Source: Fidelibacterota bacterium
GTDB lineage: Bacteria; Fidelibacterota; Marinisomatia; Marinisomatales; TCS56
Length of the DNA: 44,851 nt
NCBI GenBank assembly: GCA_043822705.1
Contig: JBDRBK010000069.1
Location: 1 to 44,851 of the forward strand
Direction of reading: 5' to 3'
This document shows positions 30,501-39,536 of the stretch, piece after piece (positions within the stretch are counted from its first letter, which is position 1; every line of letters starts with the position of its first letter). Position numbers and translations under genes: made by a program. The notes beneath the pieces were generated by a model. That model saw nothing but the letters and a program-made list of their open reading frames with translations. It ran no database searches and was not told where the DNA came from.

Positions 30501-30649
30501 TCGGCAATGAGCTGCGCCAGGCCGGACATCATCAGGTCCAGTGGAATGGCATGAACGAAGCCGGTACTCCGGTGGCGAGTGGCGTTTACATCTACTCGCT
30601 GGAGTGGGGCAATTTCCGCAAAACACAGATGATGACATTATTGAAATAA
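27512..30649 (+). CDS. Secreted FG-GAP/VCBS repeat protein (14 Ca-binding loops) with FlgD/T9SS-A-like C-terminal domain
   Basis: RBS GGAGG, signal peptide, 14 D-x-D/N-x-D/N-G-type motifs. C-terminus NYPNPFNP...VYNMLGQHVRTL...WNG...SGVYIY...MTLLK. Confidence 0.88.
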   Translation: MNTQLKRLWPFIAILLIAVPALVLAQTTYDGFTVAWELDPNTADNIMAREGYGGYSVKTGMDFDHDGRREILLTLDETLAPGGPDPGHIDVYLYENDGDDSYSYVWSFGSPELGNSQPGLAYGDIDEDGLYEIYFGIPPAVGSNDNTWGTYIFEQNIDGTFPAAPTLIYTHGYVATDNFRPAGYQLGDVDKDGDIELCAVDRGTRRMQILSLSTEGLDEFADFTIEFELGPDVLGGGGVYDLMIVDFDGDGFDEVWVNTWDLWSMAVVENTAADTYVLQLDLNQIFSQNNDPGSFNMHDLFFQDVDGDGLLEAWFPMTDGKLYFLDDATDVSAIVGTDVVEVLTFNELGHSRGADIGDIDSDGRPDIITGTGVDEEIIWIEYQEIGDPALASSYTVKTIYSLKDTELPDRFYSPAIAPVDLDGDGKKEVILSNIKASGVGQAAFTVLEFDPFTAPTLATNWSVDTQVMHADADSLFGVDYSGNSRTGIAGMDMDKDGKHEMILTDYAGARVIVFEYDAINGVFEEVWSSPEARSTSHDANNPRTVSVGDLDSDGKEEIVFPLAQTGFEGWHIYEWDGVTGSDNYGTTYSSICAVEVDTCCFADLTAFNADHEAMMIFDVDGDGQQELISAIRRNSGGKRGTLIMHVEDDIEHNAGGSGLETWVAEFFVDRVNYGGGSPYHCIPADLNGDGSYELVNHTWNYFNLFNIAATGTDTYSMAAVDSPTRYYQATYPSDHVSLFGGTSADIDGDGNDEVYLVNYNNAGLYVVDYDATDDVLVIDGNHVVKIADNVGNFYSTVFDVDQNGHQNIFVGAAYPKTITSTEFVGTDPRNPDDYVTSVIYSGEEDVIRDIVVTDSAGVMSTTYLHTSAFASKVQSNWNGMPLDFDGDDNYEIFASFQSNADSVHTTNYTWNATSSQWDTVETAVLNDKNWVAMLFEFAGGAVSVDEIVMITPDSYKLLPNYPNPFNPVTNIEFVLPIDKQVSLKVYNMLGQHVRTLVGNELRQAGHHQVQWNGMNEAGTPVASGVYIYSLEWGNFRKTQMMTLLK

Positions 30650-30661
30650 TATAATGTATTG

Positions 30662-30697
30662 ACGGCAGGGTCCCGCTGGGGCCCTGCCGTTTTCTTT
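30662..30697 (+). terminator. Intrinsic terminator
   Basis: acggcagggtccc-gct-ggggccctgccgt followed by tttcttt. Confidence 0.85.
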
Positions 30698-30765
30698 ATG
30701 GTTCCGCGCCACTGCTATGATGGCATAGGTGGGCGGACGAGCCAAGTTGATGGAGATGAATTCCG

Positions 30766-33459
30766 ATGATGATCAGAAAACGTAATTTAGGGATTGTAAA
30801 GCTTTCAATCCTGGGTGCGCTGCTGTTGTCTTATGCGCTGGGTGCCTCGGGGAAGATCGCCGGAAAAATCACGAGTGCCGAGAATAATGATCCGTTGCCA
30901 GGCGTGAACGTGATCGTAGAAGAGCTGTCCATCGGCGCCGCCACCGATATCGATGGTAACTACGTGATTCTGAATGTTCCTCCGGGTGACTATACCGTGC
31001 GCGTGACTGCCATTGGTTATCAGAATGTCCGGTTAAACGATCTGCGGGTAAGCATGGACCAGACCAGCCGGCAGGATTTCGCACTGGCGCTGGAGGTGCT
31101 GGTGGGGCAGGAGGTGGTCGTGACCGCCGAACGTAAAATGGTTCGCAAGGACCTGACTGCCACCCAGAAAATCACCACATCGGATGAAATCAAGGAATTG
31201 CCGGTCGAAACCTTCCTCGGCGTACTGACAACCCAGGCCGGTGTCAACGTCGGCGCCGACGGCGCTCTGCATGTCCGCGGTGGCCGCTCCAATGAAGTCG
31301 GTTACTATATCGATGGTATTTCCGTAGCCAATCCCTTCACCACCAACGGTCTGGCAGTGAATATCTCCAACAAGGCTCTGGAAGAGATGAAAGTGGTCAG
31401 TGGCGCCTTCAATGCCGAGTATGGTAATGCCATGAGCGGGATCGTCAATATCCAGATCAAGGAAGGCGATGCCAATTATGAGGGCAGCTTGACGGTCCGA
31501 ACCGGTGATTACGTCTCCGGAAACGATCAAATCTTCATGAATATCGACGATGTAAATCTGATCACCAACAAAACCGTGGACTGGGCGCTTTCCGGTCCGA
31601 TACCATTCCTGACCAAACCGGGAATATTTACCTTCAATTTCAGTGGTCGTTACGCTAACAATGAAGGTTATCTATATGGCATGCGTGAACACAATCCGGA
31701 TGACTGGGCTTTCTTCCTCTTTGCCGATTACTGGTTTTATATGATGGGCGGCGACAGCAGCTATGTGGCGATGAATCCCAATACCAGGTTCAATACTTTG
31801 ACCAAGCTGACCTATCGTATCACCCCCAAACTGAAGATTTCGGCCCAGTATATAAATGATTCCCGTGAATATAAAGAATATACTCATGATTATAAATACA
31901 ATCCCGATGGCACCTACCAGTATTTCACGAATAACTCCAATCTTTCATTCAAACTGAATCAATCATTAGGCAATACTTTTTATACTATCAACGCCTATCA
32001 CAGCACGACCGACCACAAAAAGTATTTGTACGAAGATCCTTATGATAGTAATTACGTTTCATCATTTCAGATAATGGGAACGCCACCGACGACGACCTTC
32101 CTGTTCGGTGGTACGCAGATGGATCATGTTTACCAGACCTCGACCACCGACGGCGGTAAATTTGATATTACCAGCCAGGTTTCGACCATGCATGAAGTAA
32201 AAATCGGAGCCAGTGTCCGCGTCGACCAGTTGCAAGACGATAATTTTACAATTCTGTATGACAGCCAGGAATATGTCGAACCGACCGTTCTGGAGGCCAA
32301 CGATTCCCCCTGGCATAATTATTACGATGAGCAAGCGACATTCTATTCGGCTTACATCCAGGACAAGATGGAATATCCGAATATGATCGTCAATGTCGGT
32401 ATCCGTGGTGATTATTTCGACCCCCACGCTCGTTACATCGATGACCTGCTGCACCCCGAAGCCGATGAAAGCTGGAAAGATGCCGATCCCAAAACCATGA
32501 TTTCACCACGGTTGGGCGTGTCTTTCCCGATTACCGATGAAGGTATTTTACACTTTTCCTACGGCCACTTTTATCAATTACCGTCGCTGTCCAATCTTTA
32601 CCGCACCCGTATTTTCGGGGCCGGTCTGGCGCCGACTGTCGGCAACGCCAATCTTAAGCCGGAAAAAACCATTCTGTATGAATTTGGTCTGCAGCAGCAG
32701 TTGACCCGGATTCTGGCCATCGAGACCAGCATTTTCTATAAGGATATCCGCGATCTGTTGGCTACTCAGTCGATCCGCTACGACTCACCTAATTACGGTC
32801 CATCGAACTATGCCATTTACCTTAACAAGGATTATGGTGCCGTCAAAGGTATCGCCCTATCGTTGACCAAGCGCTGGGATCGCGTCTCCAAAACATCGGC
32901 CTTTATCGATTATTCCTACCAGGTCACGGAAGGTAACAGCGTCAGTTCCGGATCGTTTTATTTTAACGCTTTGACCGGTGAGGAAGAAGAGAAGAAGATC
33001 GTACCCCTGAGTTGGGATCAGAGTCATATTTTGAATGCCACGGTGACGTTCAGTGAGCCCGGTAGTTGGGCTCTGAGTCTAATCGGTGGTCTTTCCACTG
33101 GTTGGCCCCACACCCCGAATATCCCTACCGCCAATTACGTTCCGCGGGAAAACAGTGCTCGCAAGCCGATTCAACAGAATGTCGACCTGCGTGGCTCGAA
33201 AAATTTCCGTTTTGGCGGCCTGAACCTGACCCTCCTGGTCCAGGTTTATAACCTGTTTGATATTCTGAACGAACGGTATGTATACGACGATACCGGACGC
33301 GCGGGATACACTTATGTCAATCGTTCAGCCGAAGAAATCGCCGCTTTTATTGCCCACTATGGCGAGCCGGGTATTCATACCTGGGAGGAGTACCAGGTAC
33401 GCCCCAGCTATTATACGGCGCCGCGCTCGGTTCAACTCGGCCTGACGGTAGAATTTTAA
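30766..33459 (+). CDS. TonB-dependent receptor with carboxypeptidase-regulatory-like N-domain
   Basis: GKIAGKI..PLPGVNV, HVRGGRSNEVGYYIDG, SGAFNAEYGNAMSGIVN, ISPRLGVSFPI, GNANLKPEKT, YNLFD. Terminal F. Confidence 0.95.
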   Translation: MMIRKRNLGIVKLSILGALLLSYALGASGKIAGKITSAENNDPLPGVNVIVEELSIGAATDIDGNYVILNVPPGDYTVRVTAIGYQNVRLNDLRVSMDQTSRQDFALALEVLVGQEVVVTAERKMVRKDLTATQKITTSDEIKELPVETFLGVLTTQAGVNVGADGALHVRGGRSNEVGYYIDGISVANPFTTNGLAVNISNKALEEMKVVSGAFNAEYGNAMSGIVNIQIKEGDANYEGSLTVRTGDYVSGNDQIFMNIDDVNLITNKTVDWALSGPIPFLTKPGIFTFNFSGRYANNEGYLYGMREHNPDDWAFFLFADYWFYMMGGDSSYVAMNPNTRFNTLTKLTYRITPKLKISAQYINDSREYKEYTHDYKYNPDGTYQYFTNNSNLSFKLNQSLGNTFYTINAYHSTTDHKKYLYEDPYDSNYVSSFQIMGTPPTTTFLFGGTQMDHVYQTSTTDGGKFDITSQVSTMHEVKIGASVRVDQLQDDNFTILYDSQEYVEPTVLEANDSPWHNYYDEQATFYSAYIQDKMEYPNMIVNVGIRGDYFDPHARYIDDLLHPEADESWKDADPKTMISPRLGVSFPITDEGILHFSYGHFYQLPSLSNLYRTRIFGAGLAPTVGNANLKPEKTILYEFGLQQQLTRILAIETSIFYKDIRDLLATQSIRYDSPNYGPSNYAIYLNKDYGAVKGIALSLTKRWDRVSKTSAFIDYSYQVTEGNSVSSGSFYFNALTGEEEEKKIVPLSWDQSHILNATVTFSEPGSWALSLIGGLSTGWPHTPNIPTANYVPRENSARKPIQQNVDLRGSKNFRFGGLNLTLLVQVYNLFDILNERYVYDDTGRAGYTYVNRSAEEIAAFIAHYGEPGIHTWEEYQVRPSYYTAPRSVQLGLTVEF

Positions 33460-33483
33460 TCTCGGCTTAAGGAGCAGATTTCG

Positions 33484-36400
33484 ATGAGAACACAGAAACA
33501 ATCTTTATACTCCCGATGGAGCCTGATATTTGTCATCATCATGGGGGTCGCTTTACTACAGGGCAAAGGCCTGTTCTCAAAAGAGCAGCAGACCGAAATA
33601 CAATACCCGGACGGTCCCAAAAAAGAATGGTCGCCGTCACAAATGGCGAAATATTCCGACTGGTATCAGAATGTAATGGCCCGGCAGATCGCTGCCGCCG
33701 AGGACGATCAGTTATTGCGGCGCCAGAAGGCGATCCTGATGGGTAATAAAATCACGACCGAAATCTGGAATTTCGGTTCCATCAGTTCACCCGGCAACAA
33801 GACTACCGATATCGTCTGGGAAGGTCTGGGCTATGGTTATGAATTCGGTCCGTTTATCTGTGCCGAAGTGGAAGTCGATTCCGGCAGTCATCTGGATGCC
33901 TACCCGGTCGAGGTTAACGGCACGACCGTTTGGAAAGCACGGGTGATCAGTGATGGTCTGGTCTCTCTGGAAGGCGAACGTTCTCCGGATGGTAAAGAAT
34001 TCTGGGCCTGGGAACCGCTGGTGTACAGCGATAACGGTGTGCCCTACGCCGACCCCGAAAGCGAATACATGCCGGTTTCCACCGATATCGACCGCGACGG
34101 TGATGGTAAACCGGACAGTTGGCCGGAAGGCTGGTATAATCCCAATATCAAGCAATATGTCTGGCCCGGCGCCCTGAAACAGGGTTCCTCCAACTCCGAC
34201 ATGGAGTCATTTTTCGTGGTCGATGATCGGGCCAATCGCGAATTTACCTATTATCCTTTCCCCGATGACAGCAGCCGCCGGGGACTGGGCCTGGAAATCG
34301 AATGCCGTTACTACCAGTGGGCCAACCCCCTGGCCGAGGATATCATTTTCCTGATTTACAAGGTGACCAATAAGAGTCCCAAGGATCTGACCGAAGTCAT
34401 CTTCGGTATGTGGGGTGACCCGCATATCGGTGGACCGCTCAATTATGGCGACGACCTGTCTTTCTTCGATCATAATTTAAATATGGTCTATGCCTGGGAC
34501 GAGGACGGTAAGAGCGACAAGGTGGGGGTAGCGCCGGGGTATTTTGGTTACAAATTCCTGGAAAGTCCGGGCAATCCCTTTGATGGTATCGATAATGATG
34601 AAGATGGAATGATCGATGAGGCCCAGGACAATAACATCGATGACGATGGCGACTGGAATATCGATAAGGATGACGTAGGTGTAGACGGCGTACCCAACAC
34701 CGAGGACGAAGGCGAAGGTGACGGAGTACCTACCGCCGGCGACCAGTTCGACATCCGCAAACCGGGCGAACCGAATTACGAATGGACCGACCTGGACGAA
34801 TCCGATATGGTCGGCCTGACCGGTTTCTCGGCACCGCCATTTGTCAGCCAGAACAAAATCTCCAATGATCATTACGTTTATGAAAATTTCCTGAATATCG
34901 GTGTTTTCGACTCGGCCAATTCCAATTCCGCCGGTGATTATGTTTTCATTTACAGCTCCGGAAAAATCGACCTGCCGGCCTACTCGTCGCGGCGCTTCTC
35001 GATTGCTCTGCTGATCGGCCAGAATTACTCTGACCTGACCCTGAATGCAGTCACGGCCCAGGATATCTACGAGAAAAACTATCAATTTGCCAAACCGCCG
35101 GAGAAACCGACTGTGACAGCGGTGCCTGGCGACAGTAAAATCACGTTGTATTGGGATGATGTGGCGGAGGCTTCCGTCGATCCGATTTCGGAGAAAAAGG
35201 ATTTTGAGGGCTATGTCATCTACCGCAGCATCGATCCGCAGTTTGCCGACCAGCAGAATATTACCGATTCCTATGGTTCGAGCTTTATGCTGGAACCTTT
35301 GGAACTGATAACCGGCGCACCGGCTAAATTCGACCTGGATAATGAGTATTTCGACTTGTCCAGTGTACCGTTCCCGGGTCGGGGGGTCTTCTACAATCTG
35401 GGCAACAATACCGGCCTGCGGCATTCCTTTGTCGATTCGAACAAGGTCGATAACGGCCAGAATTATTATTACGCCGTCGTGTCTTATGACCACGGTGACG
35501 ACAGCTTGATGATACCGCCAACCGAGTGCTCGCGAACAATCACCCTGAATCCGGAAACCAATGAAGTGATTCTCGATATCAACACCATCAAGATCATGCC
35601 GCGAGCACCGGCGGCTGGTTTTACCGAAGGCCATGTCGAGGCTAATGCCATCGATCATATTGCCGGTTATTCCACCGCCAATGTCGATCTTGAAATCATC
35701 GACACGCGCATGCTGGAGGAAGATAATCTGTTCGAAGTTACGTTTAAAACAGCTCCGACACGTTATTCGGTCGAGGACCTGAAGCCGGTGAAAGACACGA
35801 TCTATGTTCGCCTGGAACAGTATGTGCGAACCACCTACGAGCACCTGAATGATACTACTTTTGTATTGAGTACACTGGATGGCAGTCAGGTTTTTCAGGA
35901 CAGTATCGATTACGTTCTGATTCCCGAAACCGGTCAGTTTCTGGCCTGTTCGACCGGAGCGCTGCAGGACCGGGAATATTATCTGGCGACCTATCGCTAT
36001 TTCCCGGTTATCGAGAGCGAATTGTTGAATATGGAAGAAAACAACCCGGTGTTTGATGGTGTGAAAATCTATGCCAAAGATGTAACACTGGATTTGGATA
36101 CGAATAAAACCGGATGGACCGCTACCAGTTATTCGAACTGGGTTGGTGCCGTTAAGCCATATAACAACATCATTACCAAGAAGTACCCGGCCGATTATGA
36201 AATTCGCTTTTTCGATACGCTGGTGGATTCCAGCAGTCAACCAGGGAAAGGCTTTATTAAGTGTAATTTCGAAATCTGGGATGTGACCCCGGGCCGCCTG
36301 CCCACCAAGAACCGAATGGTGATTCTCGAAATAACTGCAACTAAAGATAGTCTTTTCACCCCCGGTGAACGTGTCGCCATCCTGCTGGGGGATACCCTTG

Positions 36401-36888
36401 TCGTAACCACCTGGGAATTCACCTTCACCTACCCGACTTCCGGCGATACGATCGCTCCGGGGGCCGGCGATGTATTTTATATCGCCACATCCCGGCCGTT
36501 CACAAGTGAGGATGTCTACCAGTTTACCACCGTTTCATCGAAAATCGATCCCCGCCAGGCCAAGATCGACCTGGACGATATCAACGTCATTCCCAATCCC
36601 TATAACGTGACCAATACACTGGAGCAGTTGGATCATCAGAATCCGCGGGATCGTGGTCCCCGGCGGTTATACTTCAACAATCTACCGCGTCAGTGTACGA
36701 TCCGAATCTATACCATATCCGGTGAACTGGTCCGGGTGTTGGAGCATGATGCTCCCGCCGATAACGGAATCGAATACTGGGATTTAACTACCCGCGATAA
36801 TTTCCCGATCGCATATGGCGTTTATATTTACCATGTCGACGCCGGCGACCTGGGCGAAAAGATCGGTCGCTTCGGGGTGATAAAATGA
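33484..36888 (+). CDS. Large secreted protein of unknown function with Asp-rich Ca-binding insert, FN3-like domain and T9SS-like C-terminal domain
   Basis: RBS AAGGAG, signal peptide. GDSKITLYWD..FEGYVIYRS..NYYYAVVSYD is FN3-like. C-terminus VIPNPY..YFNNLP..IRIYTISGELVR..WDL..AYGVYIYHV..FGVIK. Confidence 0.8.
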   Translation: MRTQKQSLYSRWSLIFVIIMGVALLQGKGLFSKEQQTEIQYPDGPKKEWSPSQMAKYSDWYQNVMARQIAAAEDDQLLRRQKAILMGNKITTEIWNFGSISSPGNKTTDIVWEGLGYGYEFGPFICAEVEVDSGSHLDAYPVEVNGTTVWKARVISDGLVSLEGERSPDGKEFWAWEPLVYSDNGVPYADPESEYMPVSTDIDRDGDGKPDSWPEGWYNPNIKQYVWPGALKQGSSNSDMESFFVVDDRANREFTYYPFPDDSSRRGLGLEIECRYYQWANPLAEDIIFLIYKVTNKSPKDLTEVIFGMWGDPHIGGPLNYGDDLSFFDHNLNMVYAWDEDGKSDKVGVAPGYFGYKFLESPGNPFDGIDNDEDGMIDEAQDNNIDDDGDWNIDKDDVGVDGVPNTEDEGEGDGVPTAGDQFDIRKPGEPNYEWTDLDESDMVGLTGFSAPPFVSQNKISNDHYVYENFLNIGVFDSANSNSAGDYVFIYSSGKIDLPAYSSRRFSIALLIGQNYSDLTLNAVTAQDIYEKNYQFAKPPEKPTVTAVPGDSKITLYWDDVAEASVDPISEKKDFEGYVIYRSIDPQFADQQNITDSYGSSFMLEPLELITGAPAKFDLDNEYFDLSSVPFPGRGVFYNLGNNTGLRHSFVDSNKVDNGQNYYYAVVSYDHGDDSLMIPPTECSRTITLNPETNEVILDINTIKIMPRAPAAGFTEGHVEANAIDHIAGYSTANVDLEIIDTRMLEEDNLFEVTFKTAPTRYSVEDLKPVKDTIYVRLEQYVRTTYEHLNDTTFVLSTLDGSQVFQDSIDYVLIPETGQFLACSTGALQDREYYLATYRYFPVIESELLNMEENNPVFDGVKIYAKDVTLDLDTNKTGWTATSYSNWVGAVKPYNNIITKKYPADYEIRFFDTLVDSSSQPGKGFIKCNFEIWDVTPGRLPTKNRMVILEITATKDSLFTPGERVAILLGDTLVVTTWEFTFTYPTSGDTIAPGAGDVFYIATSRPFTSEDVYQFTTVSSKIDPRQAKIDLDDINVIPNPYNVTNTLEQLDHQNPRDRGPRRLYFNNLPRQCTIRIYTISGELVRVLEHDAPADNGIEYWDLTTRDNFPIAYGVYIYHVDAGDLGEKIGRFGVIK

Positions 36889-37940
36889 TGAGACAAACAA
36901 TGATCAAAACAAATTTAACGGGACTGCTGGCAGTCTCATTACTGGTCGTGCAATTCGGATGGGCACAGATAGCGAATACCCAAACGATTACTAAAACCGG
37001 CACCACCGCCGCCTCATTTCTGAAGATTGGCGTCGATGCCCGCAGCACGTCTATGGGTAACGCCTATGTGGCCATGCCCGGCGATGTCAATTCGATTTTC
37101 TGGAATCCGGCGGGTCTGGCCGGGATCAAGGGAGTAGAAGCGGCCTTCAATTCCAGTGACTGGTTAGCCAGCACGGATTTAACCTTCATTGCGCTGGCCT
37201 TCAACGCCCCCGGTGTCGGCGTGCTGGGTCTATCCATAACCCAACTGTCGATACCGGAATCGCCGGTGCTGACCGTATCCGATCCCAAAGGGACCGGCGA
37301 ATTATGGGATGCGTCTGATATCGCTATCAACCTGGCTTTCAGCCGTAAACTTTCCGACCGTTTTTCACTGGGAGTCAACGCCAAGTACGTGCAAGAGCGC
37401 ATTTGGCACTCTTCCGCAAAAACGATGGCTGTCGATATCGGTGCTTTGTTCGTCACTCCGATCAAGAATATTCGTCTGGGCGCAACGATTTCCAATTACG
37501 GTGGAACGATGCGGATGTCCGGCCGTGACCAGTATTTCGATAACGACCCCGATCCGGACAACCAGGGTAACGTGGAAATTGTTAATGCGACCTACGAAAC
37601 CGACAAATTCCCGCTGCCACTGCTGTTCCGCGTTGGAATCTCCGGCGAACTGATCCAGACGGCGAACATGCGCCTCAGTTACGGGCTGGATGCCATGCAT
37701 CCCAATGACAATGTGGAAGCCGTCAATGCCGGTATGGAGTACGCTTTTGCCGAGACATTCTTTCTTCGCGGCGGTTATGCCAACCTGTTTAACGAGGATG
37801 CCGAGGAAGGATTGAGTATCGGTGGCGGTATCAACTACCGGATCTGGGGCAGTTCCAGTATTCTCAAGGTCGATTACTCCTACACGGTTTTTAACCGGCT
37901 GGTTGGCGTCCCGCGGGTTTCCGTTGGAGTAAAATTTTAG
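36885..37940 (+). CDS. PorV/PorQ-family (UPF0164) outer-membrane barrel
   Basis: KTGTTAASFLKIGVDARSTSMGNAYVA..IFWNPAGLA, FLRGGY, VDYSY. Terminal F. ATGA overlap with the upstream gene. Confidence 0.88.
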   Translation: MMRQTMIKTNLTGLLAVSLLVVQFGWAQIANTQTITKTGTTAASFLKIGVDARSTSMGNAYVAMPGDVNSIFWNPAGLAGIKGVEAAFNSSDWLASTDLTFIALAFNAPGVGVLGLSITQLSIPESPVLTVSDPKGTGELWDASDIAINLAFSRKLSDRFSLGVNAKYVQERIWHSSAKTMAVDIGALFVTPIKNIRLGATISNYGGTMRMSGRDQYFDNDPDPDNQGNVEIVNATYETDKFPLPLLFRVGISGELIQTANMRLSYGLDAMHPNDNVEAVNAGMEYAFAETFFLRGGYANLFNEDAEEGLSIGGGINYRIWGSSSILKVDYSYTVFNRLVGVPRVSVGVKF

Positions 37941-37962
37941 TCGGGATGTCGCAAATGGAATC

Positions 37963-37993
37963 AAAAAGCCCTGTTATTTGCAGGGCTTTTTTT
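37963..37993 (+). terminator. Intrinsic terminator
   Basis: aaaaagccctg-ttatttg-cagggcttttttt. Confidence 0.85.
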
Positions 37994-38074
37994 ATATTCG
38001 CCGGAATTACTTAACCGAATTGATTGGATTCAGCAATGAAAAATGACGTTCTCGATCAATTTCCGCTCCGTGGC

Positions 38075-39505
38075 ATGGTCAAAACAGGTTTAGTTTCGTG
38101 GCCGTTATGGATAACCTTAATGATCATGTCCTGCGCAAAACCCGGTGACGATTACCACACGCTGATCGACCGCGGTGAATTTACCGCCGCCGCTTCCGCC
38201 ATCAGGAATCGGTTGAGCGCCATGCCGACACCCGGCGAGCGCCTGCAATTGGAATTCGAGCTGGAACGCCTCAACCGCATCCGGCAGGATTTCCAGGGTA
38301 TGGAGGAGGAGGTCCGGGAATATGTGCGCCAGTATATACCCCAGGCAACCGCCGCCGATTTTGCCCGCTGGGAAGCCAGTCGCGCCCTGGAATCGCGCCT
38401 GATCGATGGTGAGAAACGCTATTTCAACCGGGCCGGACGTAACCTGTTTCGGATTGACCCGGAAGCGCGAAAAATCTGGGAAAAGCTGCACCCGGAAGAT
38501 GACGCCGCCGGTTCCGGTGTCGCTAAGGGAATCGATAGCCACAACGCCGAGATCATCGCTTCCATAACCGGTGGGGAATCGGGATTCGTCAAACCGGTGC
38601 GTTTGAAGATCACCCAAAGCATTGCCGTGAACGCCGACGCCGTCCCGGAAGGTGAGACTGTCCGCTGCTGGATACCTTTCCCGCGGGAAATCGCCGGGCG
38701 GCAGGATGACATAAAATTGTCGGTGACCGAACCACGACAATATATACTGGCACCGGGCGACCAGTTACAACGGACGATCTACCTGGAAAAACCTGCACGG
38801 GCGGGGGAGCAAACGAAATTTTCCGTATCTTATGAATACACCAGCAGGGGCGCCTGGATGGCTATCGTGCCCGAGCAGGTGACTGCGGTTGCCCGGGACG
38901 ACCTGCAACCATACCTGCAAGAGCGACCGCCACATATCGTTTTTACGCCCGCATTGCGGGCTATATCGCAGGAAGTGTTGGGGGGTGAGACCAACCCCTA
39001 CCGGATTGCGCAAAAGCTGTTTAAATGGGTCGACGATAATATTCCCTGGGCCTCGGCGCGGGAATATTCTACGATCCGCAATATCCCACAGTATGCCGTT
39101 GACAACCGCCACGGCGACTGTGGTATCCAGACTCTGACGTTCATGACCCTGTGTCGGTTGAACGGCATTCCGACCCGCTGGCAATCGGGCTGGGAGTTCA
39201 AACCGCCCGATGACAGCATGCATGACTGGGGTATGATCTATTTTGAGCCTTACGGCTGGCTGCCCATGGATGTTACCTACGGCATCCGCGCTGTCAGCGA
39301 CGAACGGGGGCGGTGGTTTTATCTCGGTGGTATGGACAGCTACCGTACGATCTTCAACGACGATTATTCCCAGCCGTTTTACCCGGCCAAGATTCATCCC
39401 CGCTCGGAAACGATTGATTCCCAGCGCGGCGAAGTGGAATGGCGGGGCGGCAACCTGTATTTCGATCAGTGGGACTGGTCCCACGAATGGGTGATTATTC
39501 AATAA
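38075..39505 (+). CDS. Transglutaminase-like cysteine protease domain protein, probable lipoprotein
   Basis: HGDCG, CRLNGIPTRWQSGW, HDW, GWLPMDVT give a Cys-His-Asp triad. Lipobox-like IMSC. Alternative start at 38036. Confidence 0.88.
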   Translation: MVKTGLVSWPLWITLMIMSCAKPGDDYHTLIDRGEFTAAASAIRNRLSAMPTPGERLQLEFELERLNRIRQDFQGMEEEVREYVRQYIPQATAADFARWEASRALESRLIDGEKRYFNRAGRNLFRIDPEARKIWEKLHPEDDAAGSGVAKGIDSHNAEIIASITGGESGFVKPVRLKITQSIAVNADAVPEGETVRCWIPFPREIAGRQDDIKLSVTEPRQYILAPGDQLQRTIYLEKPARAGEQTKFSVSYEYTSRGAWMAIVPEQVTAVARDDLQPYLQERPPHIVFTPALRAISQEVLGGETNPYRIAQKLFKWVDDNIPWASAREYSTIRNIPQYAVDNRHGDCGIQTLTFMTLCRLNGIPTRWQSGWEFKPPDDSMHDWGMIYFEPYGWLPMDVTYGIRAVSDERGRWFYLGGMDSYRTIFNDDYSQPFYPAKIHPRSETIDSQRGEVEWRGGNLYFDQWDWSHEWVIIQ

Positions 39506-39536
39506 CACGTCCAAACGGAAATAAGGAAACAACACG

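Noticed and set aside
34477..36240. 587-aa minus-strand ORF
   Set aside because: Lies wholly antisense to the well-supported 33484-36888 gene, has no motifs, and is a typical codon-bias shadow ORF.
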